Source: Gammaproteobacteria bacterium (GTDB lineage: Bacteria; Pseudomonadota; Gammaproteobacteria; SZUA-229). From it: DNA of 64,000 nucleotides. The stretch lies in contig JAPHRO010000021.1 of NCBI GenBank assembly GCA_026195895.1, forward strand, positions 3,848-67,847. The letters are read 5' to 3'. Under the pieces are notes generated by a model, which was given only the letters and a program-made list of their open reading frames with translations, had not been told where the DNA came from and made no database searches. Shown one piece after another: positions 10,140 through 19,919 of this stretch. Within the stretch, counting starts at the first letter, position 1. Each line of letters opens with the position of its first letter. The position numbers and the translations under genes were made by a program.

Positions 10140-10217
10140 CAACCTGAACCGTCATCATTTTAAAAATTTTATATATGTATGTGCGCATTAAATCGCACAC
10201 ACCCCAGGAGATAGAAC

Positions 10218-11195
10218 ATGCATCCCGCGTTTTCAGTCATATTTTTAACCACTCTGATCGGTGTCGGCCAGGGAATGTTTCTGGCCCTGTTTACCGGCCA
10301 GTCTTATGCAGCCGCGCACTTCCTGCCGGCGCAGGACAGTACCGGCTTTTTCGGTATCGGCAGCCTGATTGCGCTGCTGTTTCTGGTTGCCGGTCTGGTC
10401 GCTTCCGTTTTTCATCTGGGACGTCCGGAACGCGCCTGGCGTGCGGCAACCAAATGGCGTACTTCATGGTTATCGCGGGAAGTTATCGCGCTACCCATGG
10501 TGATGTTCTTCGTGTTTGTTTACGGCGTGATGCATTTCATGGAGTGGGATATGGTGATATTTTCCACTTCCACCGGCGTGACCTTTAAGCTGAGCCTGTT
10601 AGTGGGGGCGCTGGGTTCACTGGCGGTATTTACGCTATTCCTGTGTACGGCGATGATCTATGCAGCAATCAAATTCCTGCAGGAATGGGCGAGTCCGTTA
10701 ACCATTGTGAATTATCTGTTGCTGGGAACAGCCTCAGGATTTACCCTGGCCACGGCTTTCTCTATGTATACCGCGCCTGATCTGGTTGAATTCTATGGTG
10801 TCTGGGCGATTATTATTACGATCATGGCATTTGTGTCACGCAGTGCATCGTTAATCAGAAATTCACGCATCAAATTCAAATCGACCATCCAGTCTGCGAT
10901 TGGTGTACGCCATAATCAGATTGTGCAAAAGGCCCAGGGCGCTATGGGTGGCTCTTACAACACCCGTGAATATTTTCATGGCAAGCAGGCGCTGTTTCTG
11001 AAATCGATCAAATGGCTGTTTATGGTGTTAGTATTCCCGTTGCCGATTATTTTATTGTCGGCGGGCATGAGCAGCAGCAATGCAGAAGTCCTGCTGGTGG
11101 CATTTGTGGTCCAGTATGTTGGCCTAATGGCCGAGCGCTGGTTTTTCTTTGCCCAGGCAAATCATCCGCAGAATATTTATTATCAGACAGTTTAG
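10218..11195 (+). CDS. soeC: NrfD/PsrC-type polytopic membrane anchor subunit of the molybdoenzyme (SoeC-like)
   Basis: About 8 predicted TM helices. 325 aa. Third gene of the Mo enzyme cluster. Confidence 0.5.
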   Translation: MHPAFSVIFLTTLIGVGQGMFLALFTGQSYAAAHFLPAQDSTGFFGIGSLIALLFLVAGLVASVFHLGRPERAWRAATKWRTSWLSREVIALPMVMFFVFVYGVMHFMEWDMVIFSTSTGVTFKLSLLVGALGSLAVFTLFLCTAMIYAAIKFLQEWASPLTIVNYLLLGTASGFTLATAFSMYTAPDLVEFYGVWAIIITIMAFVSRSASLIRNSRIKFKSTIQSAIGVRHNQIVQKAQGAMGGSYNTREYFHGKQALFLKSIKWLFMVLVFPLPIILLSAGMSSSNAEVLLVAFVVQYVGLMAERWFFFAQANHPQNIYYQTV

Positions 11196-11220
11196 TTAGT
11201 GAACTGATTCGAAGAAAAAG

Positions 11221-11248
11221 CAGGCGGTTATATCCGCCTGTTTTTTTT
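11221..11248 (+). terminator. rho-independent terminator after the membrane subunit gene
   Basis: CAGGCGG-ttatat-CCGCCTG followed by TTTTTTTT. Confidence 0.75.
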
Positions 11249-11354
11249 GCCATAGTCTTTGTGTATGATTTCGACAGTTATGTTCTGTCAGCAAATGGAA
11301 CCTGCTTTTGAATTCAGACTCATAGTACACAGATAATTATTACCGGGAATAACG

Positions 11355-11924
11355 ATGTTAAAAAATATTACAGCAGTATTGGTTCTGGCTTTGTCGAGTA
11401 CACAGGTATTCGCCAGAGGTGTCGACCTGCGTTTGGCAAATGAAACAGCGGAAATAATTTACCTGACCGAGTCGTCCACATTTGGCTACGGTGGCGCTGA
11501 TGTCGGCTTTGGTGTTTTCTTTAATGAAGCCGATGACCTCATGCTGAGTGCTGATGTCATGATAACCGGGCACGGTGCCGGTAATAATCGTCCACTCCAG
11601 TTTGGCGTTGGTGGCAAACTGATGTTTGCTTCACTGGAGGTGCCGAATGAAGAAGTTGGTGCGCTGGCGATTGGCGGTCAGGTTCGTTATGTAATTCCAT
11701 CTTCCACACCGATTGCTTTTCTTGCTGCTGGGTTTTTTGCACCATCCATTACCAGCTTTAGCGATGCCGATGATTTTACCGAATTCCGCCTGGCGGTCGA
11801 GCTGGAAGTTACGCCAAGTGCCCGTGCTTATCTGGGCTGGCGCAACATGGAATACGAACTGGAAAATGGAACAGAAGTAGAGCTGGATGATGATGTTCAT
11901 TTTGGTGTAAAAGTTGAGTTTTAA
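11355..11924 (+). CDS. small secreted/outer-membrane beta-barrel-like protein
   Basis: Signal peptide MLKNITAVLVLALSSTQVFA. The C-terminus ends VKVEF (terminal Phe typical of OMPs). Confidence 0.4.
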   Translation: MLKNITAVLVLALSSTQVFARGVDLRLANETAEIIYLTESSTFGYGGADVGFGVFFNEADDLMLSADVMITGHGAGNNRPLQFGVGGKLMFASLEVPNEEVGALAIGGQVRYVIPSSTPIAFLAAGFFAPSITSFSDADDFTEFRLAVELEVTPSARAYLGWRNMEYELENGTEVELDDDVHFGVKVEF

Positions 11925-11953
11925 CTGAATTTGTTTTGATGTTTGTTTAGATA

Positions 11954-11984
11954 AAAAGGGCGGTTATTCGCCCTTTTTGTTTTT
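11954..11984 (+). terminator. rho-independent terminator
   Basis: AAAAAGGGCG-gttatt-CGCCCTTTTT followed by GTTTTT. Confidence 0.75.
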
Positions 11985-12030
11985 CAGCGAAGAAAAGGCT
12001 GATGCGTTGAAAAATGGTTAAGGTGTAAAA

Positions 12031-12813
12031 ATGAAAAACATGAATAAACTGCTGGAGATTATGGCTGCGCTAAGAGCGCCGGAAACCGGTTGCCCCTGGG
12101 ATATTAAACAAAGTTTTGAAACGATTGTTCCCTATACACTGGAAGAAGCATACGAAGTTGCCGACAGTATTGAACGTGGCCAGATGGAAGAATTGAAAGA
12201 TGAACTGGGCGACTTAATGTTTCAGGTAGTATTTTATGCGCAGATGGCCAAAGAACAGGGGCTGTTTGAGTTTGATGATATATTGCAGGCGATTAATGAT
12301 AAATTGATCCGTCGACATCCCCATGTATTTGCCAATGCGGAATACACCGATGATAAATCACTTAATGATGCCTGGGAAAAATCCAAGGCTGCGGAACGCG
12401 ATGGAAAAATTGAGACAGAAAAAGCGTCCATTCTTGCTGGCGTGGCTAATGCTTTGCCCGCATTGAAGCGATCGCAAAAACTGCAGGACAGAGCTGCTCG
12501 TGCTGGTTTTGACTGGCCGAAGGTGGAGCCAGTGCTGGATAAAATGGAAGAAGAAATTCAGGAATTACGCGAGGCAATAAAAAATCAGGATCAGCAGAAT
12601 GTGTTTGAAGAAACAGGCGATATTATTTTCGCCTGCGTTAATCTGGCACGTCACCTGGATGTTGATGCTGAAGAATCCCTGCGAAGTTGCAATAAAAAGT
12701 TTGAAACCCGGTTTGGCTATATTGAACAAGCACTCATCGATCAAAATAAAGAGTTTAGTCAATGCAGTCTGGATGAGCTGGAGCTGCTCTGGCAGGAAGC
12801 GAAACAGAACTAA
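12031..12813 (+). CDS. mazG: nucleoside triphosphate pyrophosphohydrolase MazG
   Basis: Tandem MazG/EEAYE motifs (LEEAYEVADSIE. EEIQELREAI). Typical N-terminus ETGCPWD. Confidence 0.85.
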   Translation: MKNMNKLLEIMAALRAPETGCPWDIKQSFETIVPYTLEEAYEVADSIERGQMEELKDELGDLMFQVVFYAQMAKEQGLFEFDDILQAINDKLIRRHPHVFANAEYTDDKSLNDAWEKSKAAERDGKIETEKASILAGVANALPALKRSQKLQDRAARAGFDWPKVEPVLDKMEEEIQELREAIKNQDQQNVFEETGDIIFACVNLARHLDVDAEESLRSCNKKFETRFGYIEQALIDQNKEFSQCSLDELELLWQEAKQN

Positions 12814-12979
12814 ATGCAATTAGTCGGTAATTGTGTGACTTTTGGCACTGTTGATAAGCGTATTGCGCTATATAATCACCACCAATTGTGCTGGATAACA
12901 TTAAGAGCTTCAATGAATGATTGCTCGATCCAATAAATCAGTACAATTGATGTCCTGCATTAGCGTGGTGGGAACGTTG

Positions 12980-13009
12980 AGCCATCTAGTTTTCTAGATG
13001 GCTTTTTTA
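12980..13009 (+). terminator. rho-independent terminator
   Basis: AGCCATCTAG-ttttc-TAGATGGCT followed by TTTTTT. Confidence 0.65.
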
Positions 13010-13229
13010 TGGGTGAGAAAATAGTTTAACGGTTATACCCTGCCGGCTCAGGTGCGTGATATTTTTGTATTTTGTTAAATATGATAAAACCTGGGTAGCT
13101 TGATACGTGGCATAAGCAATGCTGGTCAGAGGATTGAAGTTAAAAATGGGAATTGAAATACCTTTTTCATTTTTAAAAATAGATAAAGCCTATGTTTCAG
13201 ATTTTAATAAAACTTTGTAGCAGTGTTTG

Positions 13230-14819
13230 TTAAGGCGACATCATGCCACGAATTGTGTAATACAGGAGCGCGGCCATAAGCCCGGATACAGGCACAGTAA
13301 TGACCCAGGCGGCGGCGATTTTCATCAGGTGAGAACGCTTGACCAGTTCATGGCGATAAACCTTGCGCAGGCTTTTGCGCTCACTTTTTGTTAATTCGGC
13401 TTTGGCTGAATGCTCTTTGAGCTGTTGTAACATATATTTTTTGTCATCCAGTGAAGCGCGTTTAAACTCGATCAGAAAGGCTTCGACGATAGTTTCATCC
13501 TGATCATGGTGATGGTCCTTGATTTCTTCGATCATGGTTGAATAACTGGCCTTGAGGTATTCGCGCAAAAAGCCCACGCCGAAGACACCGCCAACGGCAA
13601 TATGGGTTGAGCTAACCGGCAGTCCCAGCTGGCTGGCGATAATGACGGTGATCGATGCCGCCATGGCGATGCTAAAGGCTCGCATCTGGTCAAGTTCAGT
13701 AATTTCCGAGCCAACGGTGCGGATAAGCTTCGGCCCATAAAGCGCAAGACCAATGGCAATGCCCACAGCACCTACCATCATGACCCATATCGGAATGTGC
13801 GCTTTTGTAGCAATGCCACCATGCATGATGGCATCATTAATCGCCGCCAGTGGCCCAACTGCATTGGCCACGTCATTGGCGCCGTGAGCAAAGCTGAGCA
13901 GGGCAGCGGCAAAAATAAGTGGAATGGTAAATAGCTGGTTAACACCGTCCTTGTCGTTACTCACATTTTTTGCAGCTCTGGACACCATGGGTCGCACCAT
14001 GATGTAGATAGCGATTGCGATGGCCAGGCCAATGAGCGAGGCCGTTATAAAATCAACTGCCCAGATTTTTTTCAGCCCCTTTAATATCAGATAGGTACCA
14101 AAGGACCAGGCCATGATCGCCACCAGTACGGGTACCATTTTTTTGGCGGCTCGATGCATATCGGATTTATAGGTGATGGTGCGCTTGATCAGATACAGGA
14201 AGAAGGCGGCAATCAGGCCGCCGAGTACCGGTGAGATAACCCAGCTAGCGGCAATTTGTCCCATTTTGGCCCAATTGGCGATATCCAGACCACCGGCAGC
14301 GATGCCTGCACCGAGCACGCCACCGACAATCGAGTGGGTGGTGGATACCGGTGCGCTCATGGCCGTGGCGATATTCAGCCAGATGGCACCTGCCAGCAGG
14401 GCCGACATCATCAACCAGATAAAAACATCGGGGTTGGCAATGAGCGCCGGATCAATAATGCCTTTTTTGATAGTGCTGACCACATCACCGCCAGCGACCA
14501 GCGCACCGGCGGCTTCGAAGATGGCGGCGATGATGATGGCGCCGGTCAGTGTCAGCGCCTTTGATCCGACGGCGGGGCCGACATTGTTCGCAACATCATT
14601 GGCACCAATATTCATGGCCATATAGCCACCGATCATGGCTGCCGCAACCAGTAAATAGCCGTTGGCCACGCCGTGAATGGTGGTGCCGGTGAGCAGCATA
14701 ATGCCAACAATAAACACGATGGCCACGCCAAAGCGGAGACTCTCCAGGCGACCGGGTTGTGTGGCTTCTTCTATCTGGTTGATATTTTTAAGTTCCAACG
14801 AAAACTCCTCACTGGGCAC
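13230..14819 (-). CDS. inorganic phosphate transporter, PiT family
   Basis: Duplicated GANDVAN(A/N)VGP signature motifs in a polytopic membrane protein of 529 aa. Confidence 0.8.
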   Translation of the reverse strand: MPSEEFSLELKNINQIEEATQPGRLESLRFGVAIVFIVGIMLLTGTTIHGVANGYLLVAAAMIGGYMAMNIGANDVANNVGPAVGSKALTLTGAIIIAAIFEAAGALVAGGDVVSTIKKGIIDPALIANPDVFIWLMMSALLAGAIWLNIATAMSAPVSTTHSIVGGVLGAGIAAGGLDIANWAKMGQIAASWVISPVLGGLIAAFFLYLIKRTITYKSDMHRAAKKMVPVLVAIMAWSFGTYLILKGLKKIWAVDFITASLIGLAIAIAIYIMVRPMVSRAAKNVSNDKDGVNQLFTIPLIFAAALLSFAHGANDVANAVGPLAAINDAIMHGGIATKAHIPIWVMMVGAVGIAIGLALYGPKLIRTVGSEITELDQMRAFSIAMAASITVIIASQLGLPVSSTHIAVGGVFGVGFLREYLKASYSTMIEEIKDHHHDQDETIVEAFLIEFKRASLDDKKYMLQQLKEHSAKAELTKSERKSLRKVYRHELVKRSHLMKIAAAWVITVPVSGLMAALLYYTIRGMMSP

Positions 14820-15016
14820 TCTGGCAAGATGTTTGAATGCGCATCACAAAAATGAAATAAAAATGCAACATTTCAATTTGCGGCGAATGATAACGGTCGC
14901 AGGAGATGCTGTACAGGCGACTTTATTTAAATTGATCAATTAAGCGTGCATTCTCTTTAGCCGGCAACAGTTGTTCGCTGCTGGTGGCGGAGCGGTGATG
15001 TGATCAAATGGGGGTT

Positions 15017-17122
15017 TCAGCTATTTTTTACCAGCCGGACATAGGCCTGGTAGCGGCTGCGGATTTTTCTAACATAATTGACCGGTTCAGTGCCGCGGAC
15101 ATAGCCATGCCGGGCATGTTTGGCATATTTTCGCTTGGATAACAGCAGCATGGCTTTTTCTACATTATCGAACCAGTGATTGGGGTTCCAGCCCTGCTGG
15201 CGGGCCAGTCGCCTGGCGTCCTGCACATGCCCTGCGCCTGCATTATAGGCTGCCAGGGCGAACCACATACGATCCTTGACATGCAGTTCATCTTCGAAGC
15301 GGTCGCGCACCCAGTTTAAATATTTCACCCCGGCATGGATGCCGGTTTCTGGATCGTTTAGTTGTGTCAGCCCCAGTTCTTTTGCGGTGCGCGGCATGAC
15401 CTGCATTAAGCCTTTGGCGCCAGCCCAGGATTTTGCGGCTGGATTGAAACGGCTTTCCTGATACATCTGGGAAACCAGCATGCGCCAGTCAAAACCGTAT
15501 TGTTTCGCATATTTTTTTACCATGTCGTCATAGGGTGAAATGGTGCCATCTGGATTTAAATCGATGCGATCATCGCGGTGTTTTTTGATGGTATGGGAGT
15601 CTTTAAAATATTTCTGATAGGTAATGTTGTAAAACAGGCCCTTATATTCCTGCTTAATAAACGTGTTTATCGCGGCCAGTAGCTGTTTGTTTTCGGGGCG
15701 TACCGCCCAGGCGTTCTTACGTATATCTTCCAGTGCGAATGCTGCTTTAATATCATCTCGCCAGGTGAGTTCGATATCCAGTAAATGGTTGTCGGCCAGG
15801 GTCAGGTCGTATTCGCCCGTGGCCACCCTGGCGATGATTTCCTCGGTTTCCATGGTTTCCGGTGCGGCTTTAATGGCAAAGTCGATGCCGGTGTTTTTGA
15901 GTTGTTGCAGCGAATTCCAGTAGGCGCTGGAAGGGCGCACATGAACCGTTCTTCCCGCCAGATCCTGTGGCTGGTTAAGTGAGTCATCATCGGCTCGGCT
16001 AACAATGATTTCGGAAATATAGTGATGTGGCCGGGAGAAACTCACGCCCTGTTCTTTTCGTTCTGTGGTGATGGTCATGAAGGCGGCGATCAAATCTCCC
16101 TTGCCGGCTTTTAGCATGGGGATGAGTTGCTGGTGATCCGGTGCGACGATCACTTCCAGGCGTAATTTGTGTTTTTTGGCAAAGGCTTTGACCAGTTCAT
16201 ATTCAAAGCCGAGTAATTCACCACGCCATAAAAAATAGGAGGCAGCATTGTTACGTGTCAGTACGCGCAGCGTTTTGCGTTGTTTAATACCATCCAGATC
16301 GTCAAGATAAGTGACGTTCTGGTTGCGCACCAACTGTTCCTGATTAAGAAAACGATTGAGCGTTTCCAGTAGCATTGAGTTGTCGGGACGTACCCCCCAG
16401 GCCTGTGGGCGTTCTCGGGTTAGCGGCAGACTGATGTTGAAATCATCCCGATAGGCAGCGGCCTCGGCCAGCAGTTTGCTGTCCAGAACGGTCAGCTCAA
16501 TGGTTTTGTTGACTAGCTGGTCAAGGATGCTATCTGTATTCAGCTCGTCAGCCAGGGTCTGTATTTTTATGGCGGGGTGTTTTTGCTGTAAATTGGCCAG
16601 GGTTTCCGCGTAGGAGGTGCCCGCCTTAACTGCGATAGTGCGATTTTCTAGCTGGGATTTTTTCGCAATGTTGGCTTCATCTTTGCGCGTGACAAGGTGT
16701 TCGGTGGAATGATTGATGGGTACCGTGAAGCTGATCTGCTGTTTGCGCGATTCGGTGATCGTCAGATTGGCGGCGATAACGTCGCCTTTGCCGGCGAGTA
16801 GATCGGGGATCAGTTGCTCAAACTGATCGACATAAATAAGTACCGGCTCCAGCTCAAGGCTGCGGGCAAAATTGGCCGCCATTTCCTGTTCAGCATCGAG
16901 CAGATTGCCGCTGCGGGGCAGTCGTCTTTCGCTGCGCAGGGGAACCAGGATTCTCAATATACCTCTGGATTTAAGTTTGTTCAGATCGCCGGTTTCCAGG
17001 TAGCTGGCAACCGTTTTCTGTGAATTCGAAGCGCCATTGCTGGCGTTTTGTTCCGAACAGGCGGTGAGTATTTGCAACAGGGGTAAAAGCAGGCAGGCAA
17101 TAAGCTGATTGGTTCGGTTCAT
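15017..17122 (-). CDS. mltF: membrane-bound lytic murein transglycosylase F-like lipoprotein (two solute-binding-like domains plus an SLT domain)
   Basis: Lipobox LTAC. C-terminal SLT catalytic region MYQESRFNPAAKSWAGAKGLMQVMP. Two N-terminal PBP-like repeats give 701 aa. Confidence 0.6.
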   Translation of the reverse strand: MNRTNQLIACLLLPLLQILTACSEQNASNGASNSQKTVASYLETGDLNKLKSRGILRILVPLRSERRLPRSGNLLDAEQEMAANFARSLELEPVLIYVDQFEQLIPDLLAGKGDVIAANLTITESRKQQISFTVPINHSTEHLVTRKDEANIAKKSQLENRTIAVKAGTSYAETLANLQQKHPAIKIQTLADELNTDSILDQLVNKTIELTVLDSKLLAEAAAYRDDFNISLPLTRERPQAWGVRPDNSMLLETLNRFLNQEQLVRNQNVTYLDDLDGIKQRKTLRVLTRNNAASYFLWRGELLGFEYELVKAFAKKHKLRLEVIVAPDHQQLIPMLKAGKGDLIAAFMTITTERKEQGVSFSRPHHYISEIIVSRADDDSLNQPQDLAGRTVHVRPSSAYWNSLQQLKNTGIDFAIKAAPETMETEEIIARVATGEYDLTLADNHLLDIELTWRDDIKAAFALEDIRKNAWAVRPENKQLLAAINTFIKQEYKGLFYNITYQKYFKDSHTIKKHRDDRIDLNPDGTISPYDDMVKKYAKQYGFDWRMLVSQMYQESRFNPAAKSWAGAKGLMQVMPRTAKELGLTQLNDPETGIHAGVKYLNWVRDRFEDELHVKDRMWFALAAYNAGAGHVQDARRLARQQGWNPNHWFDNVEKAMLLLSKRKYAKHARHGYVRGTEPVNYVRKIRSRYQAYVRLVKNS

Positions 17123-17313
17123 CCGGAGTCCATGGTTATGAGCAAGTCTGCATTTTATGCAGCATTGTGGCTGATGTCAGTAGCTATGGCTATGCTTTTG
17201 CGGGCGATTGAAAAACTGACTCGCTGAGATTGCCTCAAAATCTCACATTGCTGTGAAACATTCGGGCTAGATGCAATGCTCATAGACTGGAGAGCTGGGG
17301 TATAATCCAGCCC

Positions 17314-19017
17314 ATGTACTATGAGCACTTTGGTTTAAGCGAGAACCCCTTTTCGATTGCGCCTGATCCCCGTTATCTCTATATGAGTGAACGTCATCGG
17401 GAGGCGCTGGCGCACCTGGTATATGGGCTGAATTCAGATGGTGCCTTTATTCTACTGACCGGTGATGTCGGCACGGGCAAAACCACGGTGAGTCGTTGTT
17501 TGCTGGAACAGATTCCGGATGATACCAACCTGGCACTGGTGCTGAATCCCAAAGTCAGTGCGCTGGAATTATTAGAGACCATTTGTGATGAGCTGCTGGG
17601 GCGTCATGCGCCTGCAGAGCAGGTGCACAATAGCGTCGGCCATGTCAGCATAAAAATACTGGTGGATATTATTAACCGCTATTTGCTGGAGGCGCATGCG
17701 CAGGGCAAAAAGACGGTAGTTTTAATTGAAGAAGCGCAGAATCTGGATCTGGATGTGCTCGAACAATTACGCCTGCTCACCAATCTGGAAACCAACGAAC
17801 ACAAGCTGCTGCAAATCATTTTACTGGGGCAGCCCGAGTTGCTGGATGTGCTGGATAAGCCTGAATTATCGCAACTGGCGCAGCGGATTACCGCACGCTA
17901 TCACCTGTCACCTTTAAACGAAAAGGAAATGGTGTCCTATGTATCGCATCGGTTAGCAGTGGCTGGCTGTCGGCAAAAACTGTTCCCGGCGTTGACGCTG
18001 AAACGCCTGTATAAATTAAGCAAGGGCATTCCCCGCGTCGTGAATGTGCTGTGTGATCGCGCTTTACTGGGTAGCTATGTGCAGAATAAAACGCAGGTGG
18101 ATATAAAAACACTGGAAAATGCGGCGCGCGAAGTACTGGGTGATAAAACGCGGCATAAAAAAAATAACCCGGCCCGCACATTGGCCTGGTCTGCGACCTT
18201 GGCGAGTGTGTTAGCACTAACCATTGGCGCACTTGTTTATTTCTATCCCGAGGCTGTTACTGAAAATGTTGCTGAGCTGTCAGCCGTGCTGCCGGAAAAT
18301 AATATTCCGCCTGACGCGGAACAGAATAGTGACATGCCGGAAAAGATAGAAAAGCCAGAAAAGACAGAACAAATTGTTACTGCCATGCCGCAGCAGGCGG
18401 AAAAATTACGCTGGCCAGATGAAACCCAGCGCCTGCGGAGTAATTCGCTAGCCTATCAGAGTTTATTCAGGCGCTGGAATCTGGAGTATGATCCGCAAAC
18501 AGACGGCACGCCCTGTTTTTATGCACAAAAGCAGGGGCTGGCCTGTTTGCATGGCCATGCAGATATGGACAAACTGCGGACTTTTAATCGACCGGCCATC
18601 CTGAAGTTATTTGATGAACAGCAGCGCTCCTATTTTGTCACTCTGACCGGTATGGGAAATCAGTTGGCGCTGCTCGATGTGGTTGCTGAGCAGCAGGCGT
18701 TATCGGTTGATCAGATCAACAAATACTGGAATGGTGAATTTACCCTGCTCTGGCACCAGCCTCCCGGTTATCAGAACTCTATTCACCCGGGACATCAGGG
18801 TGATGATGTGCTCTGGTTAACCCAGAAACTGAACCAGCTGGATTCAACAAACGTGATTCCGGAAGTGTCTATTTACCAGTCGGAGTTAATTGACAAAGTC
18901 CGGCGTTTTCAATTAAGCAGAGGCCTGGTTGATGATGGCATTGTCGGTGTCATCACCTTAATGCATATTAATAATGCTACAGGGGCACAGGCGCCGGTGC
19001 TGGAGAATAACGGCTGA
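17314..19017 (+). CDS. exeA: type II secretion system protein A (ExeA/GspA), AAA ATPase with a C-terminal peptidoglycan-binding domain
   Basis: MYYEHFGLSENPF N-terminus, Walker A GDVGTGKTT, and a C-terminal PG-binding-like LSRGLVDDGIVG. Confidence 0.8.
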   Translation: MYYEHFGLSENPFSIAPDPRYLYMSERHREALAHLVYGLNSDGAFILLTGDVGTGKTTVSRCLLEQIPDDTNLALVLNPKVSALELLETICDELLGRHAPAEQVHNSVGHVSIKILVDIINRYLLEAHAQGKKTVVLIEEAQNLDLDVLEQLRLLTNLETNEHKLLQIILLGQPELLDVLDKPELSQLAQRITARYHLSPLNEKEMVSYVSHRLAVAGCRQKLFPALTLKRLYKLSKGIPRVVNVLCDRALLGSYVQNKTQVDIKTLENAAREVLGDKTRHKKNNPARTLAWSATLASVLALTIGALVYFYPEAVTENVAELSAVLPENNIPPDAEQNSDMPEKIEKPEKTEQIVTAMPQQAEKLRWPDETQRLRSNSLAYQSLFRRWNLEYDPQTDGTPCFYAQKQGLACLHGHADMDKLRTFNRPAILKLFDEQQRSYFVTLTGMGNQLALLDVVAEQQALSVDQINKYWNGEFTLLWHQPPGYQNSIHPGHQGDDVLWLTQKLNQLDSTNVIPEVSIYQSELIDKVRRFQLSRGLVDDGIVGVITLMHINNATGAQAPVLENNG

Positions 19018-19676
19018 TGTCATACATACTGGATGCGCTAAAAAAATCCGAGCAGGAACGTAAACAGGGCAAGGTGCCTGATATACAGACCATTCATATA
19101 CCGGTTGCAGTCGAACAGAATACGTCGCCGTGGTTGTACGTGATTATTGTATTTTTACTGTTGAGTCTGGCTTTCGTGATTGGCTGGATGCGGCCCTGGG
19201 AACGGCACTCACCGGTTGTTGTAGCTGACCTTGAACAGCCTGTTCCAGCCAGGTCGGCATCCATTATCGAGCAACTCCCGCTAGCTGAACCCATTATCAA
19301 AGAGTCTTCATCTAGTGTGCAGCCAGAACCGGCACAGAAACCGCAGCAGCTTGCTGCCACGCCTCGAGAATCCAGTGTTGCAATAGAAGATGCCCGGAAA
19401 GATACACCACCATCGCTGGAATTGAATACGGTGCCGCATTTGTCTTTGATGCCAGATCTGGTGCAGCAGTCGATTCCCAGTATGAGTTTTGCCGGTCATA
19501 TTTACTCCAGCAACATCGCACAGCGTTCTATCATTATTAATGACCACAGCATGTCGGAAGGCGATACTGTCGTCGAAGGTCTGGAGGTAGAACAAATTAC
19601 GCCGAATGGCGTGGTTTTTAGTTATCAGGGGCAACTATTCAAAATGGATATCCTGCAGGACTGGTCATTTGATTAG
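19017..19676 (+). CDS. gspB: type II secretion system protein B (GspB/ExeB)
   Basis: MSYILDALKKSEQER N-terminus and a single TM segment. Start is coupled to the exeA stop. Confidence 0.7.
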   Translation: MSYILDALKKSEQERKQGKVPDIQTIHIPVAVEQNTSPWLYVIIVFLLLSLAFVIGWMRPWERHSPVVVADLEQPVPARSASIIEQLPLAEPIIKESSSSVQPEPAQKPQQLAATPRESSVAIEDARKDTPPSLELNTVPHLSLMPDLVQQSIPSMSFAGHIYSSNIAQRSIIINDHSMSEGDTVVEGLEVEQITPNGVVFSYQGQLFKMDILQDWSFD

Positions 19677-19919
19677 TTGATTTCTCAGGGCATGGTATAA
19701 AGCCTGAATAGTATCTGGGATCTGATCACTAAATTTGCTGCTGGCGCTAAGGTTTAGCCTGTTAATAAATAAACTATTTATGCTTTTTTCTTCAGCATTT
19801 CCAATAAAATTAGACTAATCTTAAAGATGTTCTGAGAGTGCTGGTAAAGATCAGCATTTTTTAAGCTTAAAATATAATAAATGGGTAAGGACGCTCTCGA
19901 TCCAGGGTAAAGATTTATA

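Noticed and set aside
14173-14625. 150-aa and 102-aa plus-strand ORFs inside the PiT transporter gene
   Set aside because: They are antisense to the PiT gene with its duplicated GANDVAN motifs. They are Ala/Pro-rich mirror-frame artefacts.
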